Shown: positions 14,979-20,156 of the stretch, in pieces
How positions within the stretch are numbered: the stretch's first letter is position 1
Layout of the letters: each line of letters starts with the position of its first letter
From: Candidatus Borrarchaeum weybense
GTDB taxonomy: Archaea > Asgardarchaeota > Sifarchaeia > Borrarchaeales > Borrarchaeaceae
DNA: 20,156 nt
NCBI GenBank assembly: GCA_019057385.1
Contig: JAHQJS010000001.1
Span: 158,941 to 179,096 of the forward strand
Direction of reading: 5' to 3'
Translations under genes and position numbers: made by a program
The notes under the pieces: model-generated
What the model saw: the letters and a program-made list of their open reading frames with translations, nothing else
Databases searched by the model: none
What the model was told of the DNA's origin: nothing

Positions 14979-15626
14979 TTAAGAATTAAAATTTAACAAC
15001 TTTTCCGAGAGGCTTTCTAAGTCATCAAGTTCATGCTCCCAGATGATTAAAGTTTGGTATCCGTACTTGGCGAATAAATTTGTCCTTTTTTCTTCCTCCT
15101 CAGGTTCGTGCCAGTAATCTCCGTACAGCTCTATGATTTTCTTCTGTCCATTGACATTTACAAAATCAGGACACTTACCAGCAAGAATGAATTGTCCATT
15201 ACCTACATATTTCCATTCGTTTGGAAGAAGTTGATGAAGCAGCTTAGTTAGAAGTTTTTCCGATTTGTTTGGATAAACATTTCTGGCTAACATCTGCTTA
15301 GCAATAAAATCGGCGTCTTTCCATTGTTTTTTCTTAGCTTCGCTTATCTTGTCCCTTGATGATTTAGAATGATGCTTTCCAAGCATTCCTTTATGAGATT
15401 TACTCATTCTTTCACGGGTTTCTATAGAAACGACTTTTCCTTTATTTCCTTTACCTATTTTTTCTCGAGTTTTCTCGGTTCGCTTCTTTCCATAGTGAGG
15501 AGCATTTACACCTTTAGTTTCACCTCTCTTCGCTTTGCAATAACAACACCTACAATTTATCTTATGCGATATTTTCCGAGCTTTCCTCAACCGTTCCCGA
15601 GTTTCTTTAGTAGGTATCCAACCCAT
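14979..15626 (-). CDS. free-standing homing-type endonuclease: NUMOD3 DNA-binding repeats plus Vsr-like PD-(D/E)xK nuclease domain
   Basis: Repeats GKKRTEKTREKIG, GKVVSIETRERMS, GKHHSKSSRDKIS; C-terminal CPDFV...IIELYGDYWH...GYQTLIIWEHEL. Confidence 0.82.
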   Translation of the reverse strand: MGWIPTKETRERLRKARKISHKINCRCCYCKAKRGETKGVNAPHYGKKRTEKTREKIGKGNKGKVVSIETRERMSKSHKGMLGKHHSKSSRDKISEAKKKQWKDADFIAKQMLARNVYPNKSEKLLTKLLHQLLPNEWKYVGNGQFILAGKCPDFVNVNGQKKIIELYGDYWHEPEEEEKRTNLFAKYGYQTLIIWEHELDDLESLSEKLLNFNS

Positions 15627-15667
15627 ATTCGCCTTTGTATAGAAACCATCAAAACTACTTATTACTT

Positions 15668-15695
15668 ATTATACAATACTTGTACATCTATTCAA
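15668..15695 (-). promoter_or_regulatory. leftward sigma70-type promoter
   Basis: TTGAAT-N16-TATAAT on the minus strand, upstream of 15626. Confidence 0.65.
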
Positions 15696-15726
15696 AGAAA
15701 AAGTTGTCAAAATTTTCATATTTTTC

Positions 15727-15754
15727 TTGGAATTTTCTAAGGATATATTATAAT
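15727..15754 (+). promoter_or_regulatory. rightward sigma70-type promoter
   Basis: TTGGAA-N16-TATAAT with A/T tracts upstream; back to back with the leftward promoter. Confidence 0.6.
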
Positions 15755-15795
15755 TTAAATGTATAATAACTGATCAAGACCTATTGGAGGCTAAG

Positions 15796-16077
15796 ATGGC
15801 AAATTCATTACATGTAGATCTTAAAGTGGGACAGCTGGTCGTGCTTAAGAATGGAATGTTGGTTCGCTGCAGAGGAGGCTTTGGTATGGCTTCCTTTACT
15901 ATGGGTACTGCACTTTTAGTTGAGGATATGCAGGGAAACACCGCTCGGGTTGATGGATACGATATAGAGCGAGCTGTAAGTGAGGAACAGCAGACACAGC
16001 TGGATGATACATTAAAAGCGATTACAGAACTTAAAGACCTGGCCACAAAATACCAAGATGATATAGAGGGACAATAA
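15796..16077 (+). CDS. hypothetical early protein
   Basis: GGAGG RBS before ATG 15796; 'CRGGFGM..FTMGTAL' motif; TAATG coupling to the next gene. Confidence 0.75.
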   Translation: MANSLHVDLKVGQLVVLKNGMLVRCRGGFGMASFTMGTALLVEDMQGNTARVDGYDIERAVSEEQQTQLDDTLKAITELKDLATKYQDDIEGQ

Positions 16078-16487
16078 TGGCTATGACAAAAGAAGAGATT
16101 ATTGAGATATATGAAGAACGAATCAGAATTCTTCAGGGGCAGCTGGATGACCCGGAAAATGATGCTGATGACATTCGGCACTTTGAGGCTCAAATAAGAG
16201 AAGCTCAATATATCATCTCACGTGTTGAGGCCGGAACCGCCCGTTGGAGTCCTGATGGTAGAAAATTGGAGGTGTGGAATATCATCAATCCGCCGAGAGA
16301 GCCTGACTATTATCCTGTGCCTAATCCACGGGAAGGGCATGAATTAATCTGCAGATTGGCAGATGACCAACTCACTATGGATTGGATTGTGTCCAATGCC
16401 TTTGGCCTTGAGGTGTTTGAAGAGGGCAAATGGTCTGAATGGTACAACGAGGATGGTGAGGATGTTGATCAGGTATTTGGCGAGTAA
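16077..16487 (+). CDS. protein with a C-terminal domain resembling P22 gp17 (anti-exclusion) family
   Basis: LEVW...PP..P...PV..P.EG..L...LA.....NAFGLEVF...WSEWY..DGED resembles the recalled Gp17 pattern LRVW..PQVP.KP...V....EG......LA...NA.GL......W.DWY. Confidence 0.55.
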   Translation: MAMTKEEIIEIYEERIRILQGQLDDPENDADDIRHFEAQIREAQYIISRVEAGTARWSPDGRKLEVWNIINPPREPDYYPVPNPREGHELICRLADDQLTMDWIVSNAFGLEVFEEGKWSEWYNEDGEDVDQVFGE

Positions 16488-16568
16488 AAAGTTGATAAAA
16501 AGTTGATAAAAATCATGATTTTTACTTGTAAAACCTTTCAAAATATATTATACTTTATATATAAGAGG
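16485..16568 (+). promoter_or_regulatory. repeated promoter/operator module, copy 1
   Basis: (TAAAAAGTTGA)x2, perfect palindrome TAAAAATCATGATTTTTA at 16507-16524, TTGTAA-N17-TATACT, TTATATATAAG. Confidence 0.8.
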
Positions 16569-16575
16569 TAAATAA

Positions 16576-16788
16576 TTGAAAGGGTTTTTGATGGACATTC
16601 AGAATAAAGTCAAAAGTATCAGCAAGATGCTTAAGAAGCATGAAAAGGATTTTGCCGAGCTGAAGAAGATGATGGATGAGAAGAGAATACCCAAGAAGCA
16701 AGCCCATGGCATTATTAATCAGATGATAGTAAGAACCGAGTCGCTTTGGGCTCGGCTGCGTTCATTAGGTCGTGCATTGGATGAGTGA
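16576..16788 (+). CDS. small basic hypothetical protein
   Basis: ORF directly after the promoter, GAGGT RBS before TTG (alternative ATG at 16591). Confidence 0.7.
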   Translation: MKGFLMDIQNKVKSISKMLKKHEKDFAELKKMMDEKRIPKKQAHGIINQMIVRTESLWARLRSLGRALDE

Positions 16789-16795
16789 GGATAGT

Positions 16796-16912
16796 ATGAA
16801 GAACTTATGCAAAAAAATGGAAAAGTTCTATTACGAAACATGGATTCCATTCACGTTTAACAAGAAGCGAATCCTAATCCTCTCAATAGCGAGCTATATT
16901 GCATTATGCTGA
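16796..16912 (+). CDS. small protein with hydrophobic C-terminus (38 aa)
   Basis: Not in the ORF track. MKNLCKKMEKFYYETWIPFTFNKKRILILSIASYIALC*; GAGG RBS; fills the gap. Confidence 0.5.
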   Translation: MKNLCKKMEKFYYETWIPFTFNKKRILILSIASYIALC

Positions 16913-16918
16913 GGAGAT

Positions 16919-17131
16919 ATGATGGTTAAAGTAAAATGCGAAACGCGTACATCTTATATCTGGACATGTCCGAAATGTTGTCATCAGAACGAAGTTCCTG
17001 AGAATCAACGAACGGATATCTGCTATCATTGCAACGAAGAAGTAAAGCTCGTACATTGTAGCAAGAAATGTGCTATAACCAATGTTGCATTATGCGGGAA
17101 ATTTGGTGGTTGCCCAGAGGAGACGAAATGA
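16919..17131 (+). CDS. Cys-rich zinc-ribbon protein
   Basis: WTCPKC...CYHC plus further Cys; GAGGAG RBS. Confidence 0.7.
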   Translation: MMVKVKCETRTSYIWTCPKCCHQNEVPENQRTDICYHCNEEVKLVHCSKKCAITNVALCGKFGGCPEETK

Positions 17132-17328
17132 TTGCACAAAGTGCGGTAAGAAAAATGACCTGGCCAAACATTTCCAGTGGACTGCATGAAGTCAATGCTG
17201 TTTATCATGAACTTGCTGAACTTGTAAGAGAAGAGGAAGAGATTTGGCAGGACAAGTTATTGCAAACGATTCTCTGGCTTATAGGGAATGTGGATCATAC
17301 TAAAGGGGAATGGAGCAAACTCCGCTAA
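17128..17328 (+). CDS. hypothetical protein, possibly frameshifted at G4 (17305-17308) and extending to 17422
   Basis: ATGA overlap and GAGGAG RBS give the start MIAQSAVRK; the +1 frame continues GNGANSAKTRGQMLNDIRDMIKEKG...*. Confidence 0.6.
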   Translation: MIAQSAVRKMTWPNISSGLHEVNAVYHELAELVREEEEIWQDKLLQTILWLIGNVDHTKGEWSKLR

Positions 17329-17399
17329 GACTCGCGGGCAAATGCTTAATGATATTAGAGACATGATCAAGGAAAAAGGAATAAAAGTTGAGGGGATAT

Positions 17400-17576
17400 A
17401 TGGCAAATACGCGAAAAGATAACAAGAACAAAATTAAGGATCTCTTGGTATCCATCCCAACATCAGTCAAGAGAAGAATGTTGGGTTCTAAAAGATACAA
17501 AAGAATGACCGGCTACTGGAATAATCGTAAAAATTTCAGCTTCAAGCCAAAGAGATGCCCCAGAAAAGATAAATAG
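17400..17576 (+). CDS. small highly basic protein
   Basis: GAGGGG RBS, MANTRKDNKNK..., K/R rich. Confidence 0.55.
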   Translation: MANTRKDNKNKIKDLLVSIPTSVKRRMLGSKRYKRMTGYWNNRKNFSFKPKRCPRKDK

Positions 17577-17588
17577 CACGAGGATGCA

Positions 17589-17846
17589 ATGAGCGAGAAT
17601 GATAAAGATCAGATAGATATTGTCTGCCCCAGTTGTGGGACAAAGCAGAAAATGGATGCGGATGCAAGCTCAAAGGTTTGCAAGAGTTGTAAGGAAATAA
17701 TTTGTGTGGAGGATATTTGGGCTGCTCAAGAAGATGAGTATGATGACTATTTCGACTATGATGACAATGATGATTTCTATGAACCTGAGGAGTATGAAGA
17801 AACTTGGCCAGACTGGATAGAAGACGAAGAGGAATTTGATTATTAA
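17589..17846 (+). CDS. zinc ribbon protein with very acidic aromatic C-terminal tail
   Basis: CPSC...CKSC then EDEYDDYFDYDDNDDFYEPEEYEETWPDWIEDEEEFDY. Confidence 0.75.
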   Translation: MSENDKDQIDIVCPSCGTKQKMDADASSKVCKSCKEIICVEDIWAAQEDEYDDYFDYDDNDDFYEPEEYEETWPDWIEDEEEFDY

Positions 17847-19606
17847 TGAGTGACTTAGCCAAAAGAAAGAAGCTATCTCCTGCTGCCAAGAGAGAACTTG
17901 AGAAGCATGGATTAGATATCCAGGTGGGCGATGTTTTTGTTGATCCCCACTATGATGGCCAAGTTCTCCGTATCAGCAAGATCACGAAGAAGAAAATCCA
18001 TTATGATCGTCGATGGAGTTCAGGAGAATGGTCACCTTATGGGACGTCCTCCCCGGAAGAATTTTCAAAAGAGGGATATATTAAAATTGATAAGCCAATT
18101 GAAGAAGTTGAGCGAGAGATATTAGACAAAGTAAAAAACTTGGATAAGGAAATTGAGGAGTATGAAGAAGGAGATCCAGAAACCACCGCATTATCTCGTG
18201 CAGGAGATAAAGAATTCTTTCTCAAATGTGAAAGTGATTTAGTGCAGAAACAAAGACACTTCGCATTGATGAGGGCTATATTAGATAGAAAAAGGAGCGA
18301 GCTATCTAACTATATGCATGAACTCGGCGAGAAGTTAGAACATATCAGAAAAGTCTTAGGCGTAGTAGAATTATATCTTGGAATTCATGAAGAGATTATT
18401 CAAATAAAAGAGGGAGAACCCATGCCGGCTAATTTCCCGATATATATCCGGCAGCAGCTACTTTACATGGATGAAGAAGTTGGAGATCCATCTGATGGTG
18501 GATTAGATTTCCGAAGCTTAGAAGATTTTGATATCTGGCTAACAGATCCTGAACATCTTCAACAAGTCCTGCCAGAGGAAAAAGGAATAGTCGCTTTCAG
18601 GGTAAGAAGACGTGACAAGAATTACATTGGTGTGCATCCTTTTGTAGCTTGCGAAATGAACGCCAAGAATATGCGTACCTACTTTTTAATTAGGAACGGC
18701 GAAAACCTCTACCGCATTTGGTCAAATGTTACGGTTGATCCAAGACTATTCCCGAGAAGAGATGAATTCAAACCTAAAATAAGAGAAGATCCATTCTGGG
18801 AAGGTGATGCTAAGAAGGCGGAGTTTCAGTACAAGAAATATGGATTGATGATTCAAGGTCTTATCCATAGAACCCAAATCCTTCATCCTATTGATACAGA
18901 GATAAACATATTCAAACCTGAAACTTGGAATGACCGGATAGTGTTTATCCGGGATGACGAGCAGTTACTACCTTCTGGTAGGCTTCCTTGGAGAGAATGG
19001 CAAAAGGAAATCAATTCTAAGATCAAAGTGGGCTCGAGAATATTATATGAATATCCTGGATGGTATAATGGATATATGACCAGCAGAGTAGCCTACCATT
19101 TAAAACATGTACGCCATCCAGCTTCAGGAGTATATGCAGTTATTCCAGGACCACGAGGCGAAACTGATCTTGAAAGGCTGAGATTTCTATATCAACCAGG
19201 TGATGAAGTTTGGCATGAACATGATTACTGGGATGACAGAAGAAGTGGATATCAGCCACGCAAAAATAGAGTGGGCTTCCAATTTAGCTCGAATGAAGTT
19301 CTGAACTATGACCAGATATCCTTAGAGGATATTGAGTTCTACCTGGGCAGCAGAGTGGATAGAGGAAGCTATGTCCACATGATTCCTTTACTTTGGCAGC
19401 TGAAAAAGCAAAGGCGAGTGGAGCTTGAGAGAGAAAAGCATTTCGTTAGCCTGGTCGCTGGAAGGAATAAGGTGGTGGAGGAAGAAGTTTGGAAGGCTGT
19501 GGAATGGTGGAAATATAAGAATAAATGGAAAAGACCGCTGGAGCAGGATGATGCCAAGGCCTTAAGAATGATAGAAAAAAAGCTGAAACGAAGAGGTGAA
19601 CAATGA
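17846..19606 (+). CDS. large phage hypothetical protein with coiled coil (586 aa)
   Basis: Long intact ORF with TAATG coupling; conserved-looking blocks IRQQLLYMDEE, GGLDF, VLPEEKGIVAFRVRR, LIRNGENLYRI; function not recognised. Confidence 0.85.
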   Translation: MSDLAKRKKLSPAAKRELEKHGLDIQVGDVFVDPHYDGQVLRISKITKKKIHYDRRWSSGEWSPYGTSSPEEFSKEGYIKIDKPIEEVEREILDKVKNLDKEIEEYEEGDPETTALSRAGDKEFFLKCESDLVQKQRHFALMRAILDRKRSELSNYMHELGEKLEHIRKVLGVVELYLGIHEEIIQIKEGEPMPANFPIYIRQQLLYMDEEVGDPSDGGLDFRSLEDFDIWLTDPEHLQQVLPEEKGIVAFRVRRRDKNYIGVHPFVACEMNAKNMRTYFLIRNGENLYRIWSNVTVDPRLFPRRDEFKPKIREDPFWEGDAKKAEFQYKKYGLMIQGLIHRTQILHPIDTEINIFKPETWNDRIVFIRDDEQLLPSGRLPWREWQKEINSKIKVGSRILYEYPGWYNGYMTSRVAYHLKHVRHPASGVYAVIPGPRGETDLERLRFLYQPGDEVWHEHDYWDDRRSGYQPRKNRVGFQFSSNEVLNYDQISLEDIEFYLGSRVDRGSYVHMIPLLWQLKKQRRVELEREKHFVSLVAGRNKVVEEEVWKAVEWWKYKNKWKRPLEQDDAKALRMIEKKLKRRGEQ

Positions 19607-19770
19607 CCTGGGAAGAATTTTTTGAAAAAGCAGAAGAAGCCGGCTTGGAGGGTGATTGTAAAATTGACGCGATTGAACCCGGAACAGGTGAAGGCAATGC
19701 TAAAGGATTCTCAATATGTTATACAGATTCCACCGGATATGAGGGTGTAGTCGAAATTAGAGGTGACTAA
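19603..19770 (+). CDS. small acidic hypothetical protein (55 aa)
   Basis: Not in the ORF track. MTWEEFFEKAEEAGLEGDCKIDAIEPG...VEIRGD*; GAGGTG RBS, ATGA overlap. Confidence 0.7.
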   Translation: MTWEEFFEKAEEAGLEGDCKIDAIEPGTGEGNAKGFSICYTDSTGYEGVVEIRGD

Positions 19771-19840
19771 AAAAGTTGAAAAAATCTTGATTTTTTACTT
19801 GTAAAATCCCTCAAATATATTATATTTTATATATAAGAAG
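19768..19840 (+). promoter_or_regulatory. repeated promoter/operator module, copy 2
   Basis: TAAAAAAGTTGA, near-perfect palindrome AAAAAATCTTGATTTTTT at 19779-19796, TTGTAA-N16-TATATT, TTATATATAAG. Confidence 0.78.
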
Positions 19841-19867
19841 CAATTAAAGTTAAGGTGGAGAATAAAA

Positions 19868-20156
19868 ATGCCGAAGTTAAAAGAAACAAAAATGAAGCCG
19901 AAACCCAATGTTTTTGCCAATGCAAAGGCGATTAATAAGCCTGAGCCGGAGAAGAAAAAATCCAATGGCAAGAGCAAAAGAGAGGTTCAGCTCGGCGATG
20001 CATTAGATGTTTGTGCCGCAATTGGCGCTTTAACAGATGCATTGGCGGCAGTCAAGGTCACGATGGAGGACGATATTAAGGAAAAGATGACCGAAGAATT
20101 CGTAGCCGAAGCCATCGAGACACACCGAAGGCCGGAAAGTTTCAGAGGCACAGGTG
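19868..20156 (+). CDS. hypothetical phage protein, runs off the window
   Basis: GGAG RBS, MPKLKETKMKPKPNVFANAK...RRPESFRGTG, open to the end. Confidence 0.75.
   Translation, partial: MPKLKETKMKPKPNVFANAKAINKPEPEKKKSNGKSKREVQLGDALDVCAAIGALTDALAAVKVTMEDDIKEKMTEEFVAEAIETHRRPESFRGTG

Noticed and set aside
14979-15626. Group I intron or intein around the endonuclease
   Set aside because: The flanking rnhB is intact with its own RBS; no split gene or intron core is evident
16485-19840. Repeats as attL/attR or transposon ends
   Set aside because: Imperfect, promoter-shaped, with additional looser copies; no integrase or transposase in the window
15774-19977. Minus-strand ORFs in the right arm
   Set aside because: Antisense to a coupled plus-strand operon; 19795-19977 runs through a promoter
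1-20156. Stop-codon reassignment as the cause of the broken genes
   Set aside because: TAA, TAG and TGA all end genes at coupled junctions, tRNA-Trp has a normal CCA anticodon, and the breaks are frameshifts or deletions rather than in-frame stops

Overview
AT-rich, densely coding bacteriophage or prophage DNA in the standard genetic code, with two divergent arms meeting at ~15630-15790. The leftward (-) arm carries DNA-metabolism and accessory genes: a NUMOD3/PD-(D/E)xK homing-type endonuclease, RNase HII-like protein, ASCH-like protein, truncated NADAR, a lambda-O-like initiator with an internal 4x22-bp iteron origin, FmdB zinc ribbon, DnaB-like helicase, DUF3307 protein, a tRNA array (Trp, His, broken Leu), a Qng1/DUF2419 queuosine-salvage glycosylase, an SNF2-type helicase and the start of a DPPY DNA methyltransferase. 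The rightward (+) arm looks like an early/host-takeover region of small genes behind a repeated promoter/operator module, including a P22 gp17-like protein and an acidic-tailed zinc ribbon. The most notable feature is the phage-borne queuosine-nucleotide glycosylase directly downstream of the tRNA array that holds a Q-family tRNA-His(GUG) lacking an encoded G-1. Accessory genes carry several deletion scars and single-base frameshifts while the long genes are intact. Several genes resemble Planctomycetota homologs (tentative host). All family assignments come from motif recognition, not database searches.
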